Shown here piece by piece: positions 1-11,800 of a stretch of 46,782 nucleotides of DNA (position 1 is the stretch's first letter; every line of letters starts with the position of its first letter). Position numbers and translations under genes: made by a program. The notes below the pieces were generated by a model, which saw only the letters and a list, made by a program, of their open reading frames with translations, was not told the origin of the DNA and did no database searches. This stretch comes from Nemertoderma westbladi. Taxonomy: Eukaryota; Animalia; Xenacoelomorpha. Location: contig JAUCBJ010006758.1 of assembly GCA_032718475.1 (NCBI GenBank), forward strand, positions 1 to 46,782, in the 5' to 3' direction.

Positions 1-19
1 TCTCCTACTACTACCGTCG

Positions 20-252
20 AGACAGGGGAGGGGGGGGGGGGGGGGGGCAATCCCATTTCGGCGAATTAATATTTTGTATCAATGTTAAATTATCAATTTA
101 AGGAAAGGAGCAGTTTACAGTGGCACGTTATTCGGAACAAAACAATAAACGAATATCAACAGAACAGATAGAAGTTTAATTTTTGAGAGTAATCAGGTGC
201 TATTTGCGTCGATTTTCACCCTGGAGAGGGTTCAATTTTGATTGCGTCGAAA
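20..252 (+). mobile_element. MITE family A copy 1 (GAGACAGGGG end; 3' end truncated)
   Basis: ~230 bp similar to 3110-3375 (inverted) and 23309-23566 (direct), e.g. the shared core CAGTGGCACGTTATT...AAAACAATAAA...TTTTGAGAG...CCCTGGAGAGGG. Confidence 0.7.
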
Positions 253-289
253 CTATCACTTTCATTTGCCTATTATTATTATGACTTGA

Positions 290-2863
290 TGGAAATGGAT
301 GGTGACGAACATATTCCCACTCTTAAAGGTAAACTTCCCGAATGTGATTTGTGAAGAGACTTGCATAGTATGTGGAACAAGAAGAAGTGTGCAGAAAGAT
401 GAAGTGGAAAATTTCTACCACAATCTACATGCATCTACTGATGGAGTGGATCAGCATGCATTCTTAATTTGCCTGGGTGACTTTAATGCATGTCTACATC
501 ACTCATCTACATCTCATACTGGACCAAGTGGTCACACGTCCCAGATATACCATATTCTGTTTCGTGGGAAATACAGGAGCTCTATTCTGTACAACAAGAC
601 TGAAGTATATTTGCACTTCGACCCTTATCCAGCTACAGTATTACCTATTATTGTGGCCAAGGTAAGACTTAGTCTCCACGCTAGCAGAATTGCCAAGGAA
701 TGACTGGTCCTCTTTGTTGCAACAGCCCAGTTGTGAGATCCAGCTTCACACTACAGTTGAACAACAGGTATGAGGTTCTCGCCTCTGAGGCGGCAAATCA
801 CTGCGTGGGCTATACTGCCTTCACAGAAGCAGTTAATTTAGCAGCTGCTGAAACAGATCCTGTATATCCTCGAAACAGGAAATAGCCCCCCCCCCCCCCC
901 CCCCCCACTGATCACAGAATTCGGAATTGCCGAAATGACCTCAAATGGTGCAGAATGAGTCCCGCCGACTAGGGCACACGAAGACAGACAAGGATGCTAA
1001 AGGAGCTTATCGATAAGTAGGGCCGAGGTTGATGCCATTAACCCTGATGATAGCAGGCAATCAGCTCAGGCATAGCAATCAGTAAACCTGCTCACTGGGA
1101 GGAAAAGCCAACCAACCACGAAGGTTAATGCTGAATCTCCTGAACTCCTCAATAATGGTTGGATGTTGGAAGGCCTACTTTGAGAAGCTTCCAAACATAA
1201 CAGGGTATTGCCTGATAACTTTGAGGTACATCGTGTATCTGATTCTGTGCTCACAGATATCCACATCTCATTTGCTGAAATTAAGACTGCAGTACTGTAA
1301 GGGGCTTGAAGACCAATCGTGCCATTGGAGTAGATGGCTTGCCCCTGAGGTCTATGAAATTGATGAGTGCTTAGAGCTCAGTCACCCCATTATTCTGAGT
1401 ATGTATAGGACAAAGATAGTCCCTCAAGAAATGAAAATATATAAGTTGGTACATGCACCAAAAAAGGGCAACCTAACAACCTATAAAGCTTTTCGTGGAA
1501 ACTCGTTAATCTCGATTGCTGCAAAGCTATACAACATAATTCTATTAAACCGCATCAGGAATCCTGTGAGAATCAAAATGGGTTCCATAAAGGCCGTGGG
1601 ACATGAAGTCTATTCTGGCACTTAGAAGGATAATCAAAGAGTTATCAACAAAGAAAGACATACATCTGGCTATTATCTTTGTTGACTTCTTTAAGGCCTT
1701 CGACTCAGTCTCCCGACCACGGATGTTTAGCATACTTGTAGCACATTGGTTTCCTGGGGAAATTATTGCAGCTTTCCGATCACTGTTTGATGGTTCCACC
1801 ACATTTGCGTCTACTGCTGATGGTGACACAGATCCATTCGAACTCTTATGCGGAATCCTTCAGGGTTACACACTTGCACCATTCTAATTCTTAATTGTGG
1901 TTGATTGTGTTCTACGCATGTCCTTAGACCATAAAAATTAAAATTATTAAAATGGGATGATGGTACCCCCTACTGGCACAATAAGTGGAGGAAATCCAGC
2001 AAAGTACCTAACTGATATAGACTTTACTGATGATATAGGGATACTGTCAGAATCACTAGAGGTAGCCCAAAGGCTTCTCTGCTCATTGGACGAGGTTGCT
2101 TCTAGTGTTTGTCTTTTTGTAAATTCCAAGAAGACAAAAATTATGACATTGAACCTAGACAGCCCTCAAGAAATGTCTGATCGTAAGGGAATAAGCTCCA
2201 GGAATGGCTTGCTTGAGCACGTGGATGACTTCTGCTACTTGGGATCATGGATCAGAAACTCAGGTGAGGACCTTCGGATACGTAAGGGGGAGGCATGGGC
2301 TGCATTGAATAGACTATCCAGGGTTTGTAAGTCCCACATAATAAAACGGTACCTCAAGGTTCGATTATTTCTGGCAGCAGTAGTTCCATGGGAGTCCAGG
2401 CTGGGCTCTAACTGCAGAGGATACCAAATCTCTGGATGGCACATTCACAAGAATGCTGCGCCGGGTTCATTGTGTTATGTACAACGAACACATCTCCAAC
2501 CAGACTCTATACAACATTGGAGCTGTTTCATCAGTCTCCTCTAGCTTGCCACTTGAACGGAACCGCCTCAGCCTTGCAGGACATTGCTTTCACTGTGAGG
2601 AACAGCCAGTGCATTATCTTGTACTTTGGCTACCTCATGAAGTGAATAAGCATGGTGGACAACCCATGACTTTCTTGAGACGCATCTTAAAGGACACTGG
2701 CCTTGAAGATGCGGATGATATAGCAATTGTCATGGGTGCCAGAGAGTTGTGGCAACGCAATTTTGTCGATAAGCCTGCACAGCATTCTAAATATTTATGT
2801 AATGTATATAATGCAGCTGCAATGTAGCATGCCAATAGTAATAGTAGTAATAGTAGTAGTAGT
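290..2863 (+). mobile_element. Degenerate RTE-like non-LTR retrotransposon (APE endonuclease relic + RT), family 1
   Basis: Frameshifted motifs: ENFYHNL..LICLGDFNA (APE), PKKGNL..FRGNSL, IFVDFFKAFDSVSR, GILQG.TLAPF, DFTDDIG, DDFCYLGSWI. (TAG/TAA)n tail at 2836-2863. Confidence 0.85.
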
Positions 2864-3109
2864 GCTGACACCTTTAATTTTAACTTTCCGACAACTGAAG
2901 CAATGGCTCATCTTTCTTTGCTCCATATACTATGCATGTCTCTTCACAAACCTCATTCGGGCAAGTTTTCCTTTTAATAGTAGGAATATGTTCGTCACCA
3001 TCCATTTCCATCAAGTCATAATAATAATAGGCAGATGCAAGTGATAGTGAAAATCAATCTCAAAGTGAAAGAAACATTACTGTTAGGTAGGTCGATATTT
3101 ATGGTGCCA

Positions 3110-3375
3110 GAGAGGGGGGGGGGGGGGGTCTTTCAACGCAATCATAATTGATCCCTCTCCAGGGGAAAATCGATGCAAATAACACCCGATTACTCTCAAA
3201 AATTAAACTTCAATCTGTTCTATTAAGTTTATTGTTTTGGTTGGAATAACGTGCCATTGTAAACTGGTCCTTTCCCTAAATTGATAATTTAACATTGAGA
3301 AAAAATAATTGAAATAAAAACAAAATAAAAACAGAAAGGGGATTTGTGCCCCCTCCCCCGCTCAACCCCTGTCTC
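3110..3375 (-). mobile_element. MITE family A copy 2
   Basis: Reverse complement of 20-252. Ends GAGAGGGG...CCCCTGTCTC with degenerate flanking similarity ATGGTGC/ACGGTGC. Confidence 0.7.
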
Positions 3376-4753
3376 GACGGTGCATAGTGTGATGTACCTG
3401 CCTGTTGCAAAACTAATATCGTAACAGAATTTAGAGTGAGTTAACTATTCACTGTAGGTCTCCTCAATGAACGCATGAGATAATTTAAAATTCATATTTA
3501 TATTAAACAATTTTCCCCCAAGTCACGATAGGATGTTGACTAACAGTCGAAGGTTATAGCTATGCGACGTGTGTTACATTTAATCTCTCAAACTCTGGTA
3601 AGGTAGGCCTAGAGAATACTGCATTATAGTTATACTGTAAATTTAATTCTTGTTAAATTGTCTTATTTGGTCTGTTGCTATGGTAACGTGGACTGTAAAT
3701 GTCACCCGAATGTGTACAATATGACGGGAAGTATCACCATGCTACTTAGCTGTAGAGATATTTTGAAATAATTACAAATATAGAAGCAAATAGTTGAGTA
3801 AAGGTACACGAATTCTCCACTTAAACTTAATATTTTGATACTTGTGTAAATTACTCTGGTCCAAATAATGGGCCTGTGTTTGCGACATTGACGCTATTTG
3901 ATTTTATATTGCCCTTGATGTGTTCCCAAGATGTCATATAAGTTGTGTGATGGGTTTTTTGATTTTTAAAACTGTTTGTTGATTTTCTCAGGAAAAGGAA
4001 AGGTGAGACAAAGAAATTGATAATTTAAATTTCATAAATCTGTTGCTAAGGCGGTTACTAGGGCCGGGTTGGCGGACTGCAAGGGAATTTCGGAAATTTT
4101 CTTCTTTACCAAAGTGTTTATAACAGTTTCAGGACAACATTGATGCATTTTGATTAACTTTCAATTTATACACTGGTTATGAGACGAGATTCACTAACAT
4201 TCACCATGAACTTGTATCCTAAAATTGAAAAAACACATTTTTGAGCAAAAAACTTTGAATCCCAAAAAAAGGCATTAAATCAAAAATGCAGAGGTGGCAT
4301 CCGGCCTAGCTGGATTCGCCATGTCTTGAAGTACAAAAATCAGGTGGATGCCAACCATTAACAAAAAATGCCATCTAAACTTAATTTTCGGGAGTTGGCA
4401 GGTAGACTATCAGGCATTTACTGTAGTTTTAGTATGATACCGGTACTGGTGGGTCGATAAAGTGAAACTTTCTAACTCAGTACCACTCCCCTTTCGAAAT
4501 GCAGATATAAATTACTGCATTAGGTACCGGTAGTACGGTACCGTAGTGTTTCTCGTATAGTCTGCCTGTACGGTCTGATATTAGGTACCGGTAGATTCGT
4601 AAATAACGGTAGTTGGAAGTAGGCCTATAGTTTCATTTATCATAAGTCTGATTTCTAGAATAATGACCAGTAGGCCTAAGTCTATAAAATAACATTTTAA
4701 TTTTTTAAATTAGGCCTACCGGTATACAGTAAGCTGAGAGCTAGCTAGATGGG

Positions 4754-5542
4754 GGTATTAGTACGTTTGAACGACACTAGCCTGCTAGCCGAACACTCCT
4801 GAAATCAGATAAATAATGGTACCGGTACCGGTATAGCAGTATTGTGAGCAATCTTGTGGATTGCACAGGTATTATTTATTAAGTTCTTGGAAGGGAATTT
4901 ATTATTTTAATATAATCTATAGGCCTATTGGATTGCAAGCGTTGTTGCGACATGCGACATGGTTGTAAATTTCATATGCTGATATGGCGGCCCTGAAAAG
5001 AGCCGTTTGGGTTGGTTAGATCATATCGTACAGTAGTTGGACATGAGTGGACATTCAGTACTACCGGTAGTAATGCTTGAAATAAGCAAGGAGATTACAA
5101 GCACAACTTTGGATTGTGCAGCACAACCTGGAAAAGACAAAGACATAGGGTTGGTTGCCCATTTGGTTGTAGAGTACGGGAGAGAAGCTCCTCAATAGCG
5201 CAAATTCAATAACACACTCCTCCAGTCTCGATCAGTTTACCGACCTCGATGAAATTAAATTCAGCCATGACAGAGACAGAGTAGGCCCAATACAGTATAC
5301 GTAGTAGGCCTAGTGCTCTTGTCAGCTTGATAAATACAATACAACACAATATATTTAATAAAAGTAACAATATAAATAACACAATAAACAATAAAAGTAA
5401 TAGGCCGATTAGTATAAAACAATATCCGCATTGTGCTGAAGATGGCGAACAATACTGCTGTACCGGTACCGGTACCAATTTTTATCAGTTTCTATCAGAT
5501 TTGAAGCTTGTTCGGCTAGTGTCGTTCAAACGTACTAATACC
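4754..5542 (-). mobile_element. Non-autonomous TIR DNA transposon, possibly a Merlin/ISXO2-type internal-deletion derivative
   Basis: Termini GGTATTAGTACGTTTGAACGACACTAGCC / GGCTAGTGTCGTTCAAACGTACTAATACC, with imperfect inverted similarity extending ~90 bp. 9-bp TSD with one mismatch (CTAGATGGG / CTAGATAGG). Minus-strand gene relic from ATG 5268 (MAEFNFIEVGKLIE) to ...NLLAYFKHYYR* (stop 5061-5063). The family call is inference. Confidence 0.7.
4985..5011 (-). terminator. Histone-mRNA-type 3' stem-loop (SLBP-type)
   Basis: Minus strand reads CCCAAAC-GGCTCT-TTTC-AGGGCC-GCCA: 6-bp stem with one G:U, UUUC loop and CCAAA 5' flank, matching the metazoan histone stem-loop consensus. The 3' flank is GCCA rather than ACCA. 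Confidence 0.7.
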
Positions 5543-5874
5543 CTAGATAGGCCTATATATTTTTGTATGGTGTATCATACTGTAATAATTTATATTATTG
5601 TTTTTTTATTGGTTCGCAGCTCCACGAAAGGCCCACTCATGTTTACATTACCATGTACCGGTATTTCGGTGTTGTGTGTTACCGCGCACTTTCGATGTTG
5701 TGTTCTGTTCATGTTACCGCTCATTTTCGATGTTCTGTTAATGCCACCACACACTTTTGTTCCGATTCCTCGAATAATTACGGTGTTTTTTTCGTATTTT
5801 TTACACCCTATTTGCAGCTGGCTACTAATCGGGTGGTTTGGGTCATTTTATGGTCATTGTTTGAAAGGGGCATT

Positions 5875-6495
5875 TAAGCTCTAGGGACGGCTTGCTTGAG
5901 CACGTGGATGACTTCTGGTACTTGGGATTATGGATTCGAAATTCAGACCTTCCGATATGTAAGGGGAAGGTATGGGCGGCGTAAAATAGTCTGTACATGA
6001 TTTGGAAGTCCAATAGAATAAAACGGAAACTTAAGGTTCGATTATTTATTATGGCTGTAGTAGTACCGTACTCTTATCCTGTCGGGAGTCCATGCTGGGC
6101 TCTAACTGCTACTGAGGACACAAAATCTCTGGATGGCACTTTCTCAAGAATGCTGTGTTGAGCTCATTGTGTCAAGTACAATGAACACATCTCCAATAGC
6201 GTAGCCTCTATCAGTCTATACAACCTTGGAGGTGTTTCATTAGTCTCCCCTACCTTGACACTTGAAAAGAACCGCCCCAGCTTTGCAGGACATTGCTTTC
6301 GCCGTCAGAACCAGCCAGTGCATAATCTTGCGCTTTGGTGTCCTCGTGGAGTGAATAAGCATGGTGGCAGCCCGTGACTTTCGTGAAATGCCTCCTAAAG
6401 GACTCTGGCCTTTGAATAATGTGAATAATTTCCTTAAATTCATGGGGGATAGGGAGTTGTGGCGGTGCAACTTTGATTGGCATAGCATTCTTAAC
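5875..6495 (+). mobile_element. 5'-truncated, decayed RTE family 1 fragment
   Basis: Aligns by eye to ~2192-2790 (GCTTGCTTGAGCACGTGGATGACTTCT... to ...GGAGTTGTGGCGGTGCAA). No intact frame. Confidence 0.8.
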
Positions 6496-7938
6496 GCACG
6501 CTCAATTGGGCTTGTCAATTGTGGATTGCATGATGGTGAGAATATGTTTTTGTTAAGCTGGCATAGCAGGGCCTCCCTAAAACTCGGTCCGGTCCCGGTC
6601 CCCGGTCCCGGTCCCCAAGACCCCTAAAACCCGGTCCGCCGGTCCCAATGATAGTCTACGGGGAATTTATCCAAAACTAGGACCGGGTAAAACCCGGTCG
6701 GTCCTGACCCCTAAAAGTCGGTCCATAAAAGCCGGTCCATGCTTGGATTGGCCAATGAAAAAATATTCCAGCCAATAAAACAAGGATAGTAATATACAGC
6801 CAATGAAAAGCTTTGGTTCTGATGAGATACAGAAGCAACTTAGGCAATGAAAGTGTCAGGCTTTAACTTCTGGGGAGAGGCAGAACTGCAAGCCATTAGC
6901 GAACATCTTTAATTATTCTAGGGCCGTTATCCAAATGTCTGCTGTATGTCTGTCCCAAAGTACTGAAGGACCATAGCTGCTGTGATATTCCATTTTCGGA
7001 TATAATGGTTATCAAAACCCTTAGACGAAGATCCTTGGAGTGCTGCGGCTGTTAAAGATTTTAAGATGTTAAAGATGGCAGATAGAAGTGGCATTGGAAA
7101 TGGGTTGCTCTACAGTAGGCCTAGTTATGGACGGGCTCCCAACACCACTGATGTTAACCACTCTAACTGAATATACAAACTGGGTGGTGTGTGAGCTTGC
7201 TGTTTATACTATTGTTCTAACTAGTGTTGTCGATTCCGATCTTGAGCTATTCTTGGAAAATATTGATGAAACGACACAGGAAGAGGACAATATTGTAAAA
7301 CTAAAGAAATATAAATGGGGGAAACTAAAAATGAGGCATTAGATGCAATACATTTGATTTGCAGTAACTGTTATTCTTTTTTCTGGGGTTGCATAAGTAA
7401 TTTATTATGGGTGTTATTTGGGTGAATGAGTGGTTTTCATATTACTGTATTATAACTTCATAATAATTATTATTATAATATTATTGTCAACTTTGCAAAG
7501 CAGTGCCCAACACAAAGTTATAATTGCTTAAGTAAGTATGGCAAGTAATTACCGTTACCTTAAGAATCGGTTTTTAAATTTTTTACAATAAATTTTGTTT
7601 AATTATTTTAAAATGGGTATTTTATTTTGTTTGGTACCATTTCCCCAGTACCTTTTATCCGGGTACGATTTGTCTCTTGTGTGGTACCTTTTAACCAGAT
7701 CATCAAAAAACCCTTATGCGTGGTCACTAATGATTCGCAATTAATTAACCTTAAATCCCCCCCCCCCCCTACCTAAACGTAATACCTTCTCTCACTCTAA
7801 AACTATAATATACCCCCCCCCCCCCCCCCCCAAGGTAATACCTTCTCACATTATACTTACTGTATTACTTAAAATGTATAAATTATAAATAAAAATTATT
7901 TAAGTTCGGTTAACCCACCCCCCCCCCCCCCCCCCCCC

Positions 7939-8167
7939 CTACTACTAGGATCGGCATGCTGCATTGCAGCTGCATTTTTAAGAATGCTGTGCCGGCTTGT
8001 CAACAAAATTGCACCGCCACAACTCCCTATCACCCATGACATTTGCTAGATCATCCGCATCTTTAAGGCCAGTGTCCTTTAAGATGCGTCTCAAGAAAGT
8101 CATGGGCTGTCCACCATGCTTATTCACTCCATGAGGCTGCCAAAGTACAAGATTATGCACTGGCTGG
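7939..8167 (-). mobile_element. Young 5'-truncated RTE family 1 3' end inserted in a poly-G/C tract
   Basis: Reverse complement of ~15222-15450 with two substitutions seen. (TAG)3 tail. C-runs on both sides. Confidence 0.85.
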
Positions 8168-8193
8168 CCCCCCTTCCTCCCCGAATTTACGAA

Positions 8194-8892
8194 ATACGAT
8201 TAATTCGTAATTAATTATACTTCTTATAATTACACCTCGTAATTGAAACTACAAATATAGTAAATATACTAAATAGTTGATACAATATTACACACAAACG
8301 CTTTTGCTCAAAGTATTTCAGTATTTCTTTTTTCATAACGAGATGTCTGACTAATGATGACTATACAAGTTGGTTGTTAGACTGCAGTGTACAGATACCT
8401 TAGCCTTCCAAGTCTTAGATCAAGTCTTAGTTTAGATACAGTACATACTATGTGAGTGCATACATAGTGAGTTCCATAGAATTACAGTGGTCAGTTGCAG
8501 TGAGTTACAATGGTGAATTAGTGGTGAGTTACTGAGAGTTACGGTGGTAAATTACAGAGAGTTACAGTGGTGAGTTACAGAGGTGAGTTATAGTGGTGAG
8601 TTACAGAGAGTTACAGTGGTGAGTTACAGATACGATTGATTCGTAATTAATTATACTTCTTATAATTACACCTCGTAATTAATTAACTACAAATATAGAA
8701 AATATACTAAATAGTTGATACAATATTACACACAAACGCCTTTTCTCAAAGTATTTCAGTATTTCTTTTTTCATAACGAGATGTCTGACTAATGACGACT
8801 ATACAAGTTGGTTGTTAGACTGCAATGTACAGATACATTAATTATCGGATTGGTTTAGAGCCTTCCAAGTCTTAGATGGTTTTAGATACAGT
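8194..8892. repeat. Direct duplication (~250 bp) of the transposase gene 3' end, separated by a GTGGTGAGTTACA(GA) minisatellite
   Basis: ~8194-8441 resembles ~8630-8892. Degenerate 9-15-bp GAGTTACA-containing units at ~8480-8630. Confidence 0.85.
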
Positions 8893-11800
8893 GCATTCTG
8901 CAATTTAGCGCCTTCCAGGAGATCCTGCATATTACTGGTGTCAATGTGACCGACCCTCACAGATGTTATACCATCATAGTAATATAGACTCTTGTTATAA
9001 ACAATGAGGGACGTATAGTGTTTCTTCTTGTAAATTGTCACCCCACCTAATAGAAATGTTCCAGCCGTACAAGTTATTGACAGTGGCAGTTCTCTTGCGC
9101 GGGAACATTTTAAATTGCTAACATCTATAGGGAGAAACCATGAATGACGGTTGGATAATTCCAAGTGTTTAATAGTTCTCATTCCAGTTTTGCAATCACT
9201 GCACGACGTTGAGTAAGATCTAGTTGCCCATTGGGAGTTTTTCAAGAATGACGGTTTATTTAAAAGTTCATTTAAAACTTCGTATACCTTATCATCCTCT
9301 GTAATGATAGGGAAGTAAACTAAGTCAACTGTAACATCAATATCACGTTTAGGACACAGGACATTTGAACACTCCAAGAGTTTATTAAAACTGAAAAGAT
9401 CCTGGAATGGTTCCACACAATACTTAAATTCACTACCATACACATTCCAGACCCCTTGCGCAGATAACTTTGGCATTGGTTTGATATTAAGTTGGGCACA
9501 TAATGCTTCAATATATTGAACCCAGATAATCTTACCGACATCTTTGTCCACATCAGTATCAAAAGAATGCAGGGTAGCCCTGAGGGTAAGTTCGACATCG
9601 GTATGGCCACAGATAAATGACGGAGCTACATCTTTACTGAAAACCCAAAATATTGTTAGGCAGTTATCAATGGAGCATGTGTTAGTCAATGAGTCACCGC
9701 CCCAAGGCAATGTATTGGGGGGATTGCAATAAGGACATTTCCATTTTTTTTTAACTGGACTATCTAAAAGATTTTGTGGGAACTTTCCACAGGGTTTGCA
9801 CCACCAACTGGGGCATTTATCATTTCTATTTTTTTCTTTTACTCCACATTGGACCATTGGATTACCTACCTCTGAAAAGCCTTTTATAAAAGGTTCTCTA
9901 CAAATACAGTATAAATTGGTAGATATCTTGTCAGCAGGCCTTTGCATATTTTTTTGGAGTTTAAAAGGGAACATAGTGAAATTTCCATTAACTAAGCACC
10001 CATTTAAGTGTTGTTCCATCTGATCTAATATGATCGCATGTTTAGTTGGGTTCTTATCCAAACATATACTTACTGCAACAGCTATAAGATATAACCCCCT
10101 GTTTGATTCACCACATGAATGACCCTTCTGAATAGTGATGGACATCTTATTATTTTTGGCCATGTCTTTTGCTACTCTTGCTGCAGTAATAACAGTACTA
10201 TTTGAAAACTCTTCTGTAGCAATATAGACTTTAACAACACTTGTCGTGGATGTGTGAATTAAGAATAATTCACCAGTTTGATCAAGATTTATAACAGCGA
10301 GTTGCCCTGGGTACTCAATTTTCCTAGGGCATTTCTCATCGAATGAAACTTGCAAAACTTTATTAAAAGCAATTACAGTTGGAAATTGTTTACTAAGTGA
10401 TTCTAGGGCTCTATTTATGCCAGTGTCATTTTGATCATTTGTCTTTATTGATTCATTATTTTCATTGCCGACTTTCTCGTGCTTAGATTCTCCCAATTCA
10501 CTATCTTCTATATCATCTAATGCAATACTGGTAAGCATATTCTGTTCCAATTCTCTATCTTCTATATCTATATCATCTAATGCAATAGTGGTATGAGAAT
10601 TACGTACTATTTCACTATTTTCTTTTTCATCTATTTTAAAAAGTTTACATTCTTCAGTTTCATCAAAGTCAAGTTTGTGCTTCAATCGTAGTTGAGGATT
10701 CATGTCACCATTACTAGGTTTCTTCTTCCCTTTTGGTTGTAGCGATTTTGGCATCAAAGCTCTTCGCAGTTCAGTTACATTCTTTCTCGGTTTTGGATTT
10801 TCACTACAATATGTCCCTGAAGCAATATATGCAGCCCTGAGATGGACACAAACGCTTGGTTGCCTGCAAGAACATCGTGGTGGTTTGCTATATAAGCTGA
10901 CAGCATGCGATACCTTGCTGAAATCCTCTACAATCCATAACTTTAAATGTGAAATATTATGGACCCTTCCTTGGTTTGCAAACTGATGAGCAAGTGATTG
11001 TGCTGATAATTTACCTAATACTGTGGATGTTTTCCCATCTAACATTTCAGTTATTTGAATCTCTTTATTATCTTCTATTAACGATATATTCTGAGCTAGA
11101 TTTAATGTGGATATGTTTTCTTCCAACACTTCATCCGTTTTGTTCACCTCCTCATCTTCTATTAATGATCTAAGCTGAGCTAGATTTAATGTGGATATGT
11201 CTTCATCTAACATTTCAATTCTCTTCATCTCTTTATCATCTTCTATTAACGATCTATTCTGAGCTAGATTTACTGTGGTTGTGTTCTCATCTAACACTTC
11301 ATTTGTTCTTGTTACCTCCTCATCATCTTCTATTAATGATCTATTCTGATCTATATTTACTGTGGTTATGTTCTCATCCAACACTTCATCAGTTTTCTTT
11401 GCCTTCACATGATTCAATGCTGATTTGGATGCGAGATTCATTAAATGTGGGACAATTTCTTCTGGAGTTAAAATAGGAGTTTGTATAGGAAAGTCTTCTG
11501 CGGATTCAAGTAAATGGCCCAACCGACAGTTTAAAGTAAATGAACCAATACCGTACAAAGCACACATTTGTTCCCTTTCATACCATTGCTGTAAGTAAAA
11601 GAAGGATAATGCTATAACATCTAATGGACGCACATGCCACGCTGTAAGCCGATGTAAAACTGCATTGAAGCTCTCTGAAGCATTGTTTGTTATACCTTCT
11701 TTTGGGTATCTGACCCCATGCTTTGCTAGAACCCAACTTCCAGCACCCTCTAAAATGCTTGGCTGCAAATGTGAAAAGAAGTATTCCCGTAAGTCCTTGT

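Noticed and set aside
13-3381. Single composite transposon with ~240-bp TIRs enclosing the LINE
   Set aside because: The two arms are copies of a short MITE that also occurs alone with its own TSD at 23309-23566. No TSD flanks 13-3381.
3395-4405. TIR element bounded by TACCTGCC / GGCAGGTA
   Set aside because: Only an 8-bp inverted match and no TSD. Probably repeat-derived, but the boundaries cannot be supported.
5011-5900. Histone gene upstream of the stem-loop
   Set aside because: No histone-fold or K/R-rich ORF was found in any frame. ORFs 5206-5478 and 5327-5884 are low-complexity, AT-driven frames.
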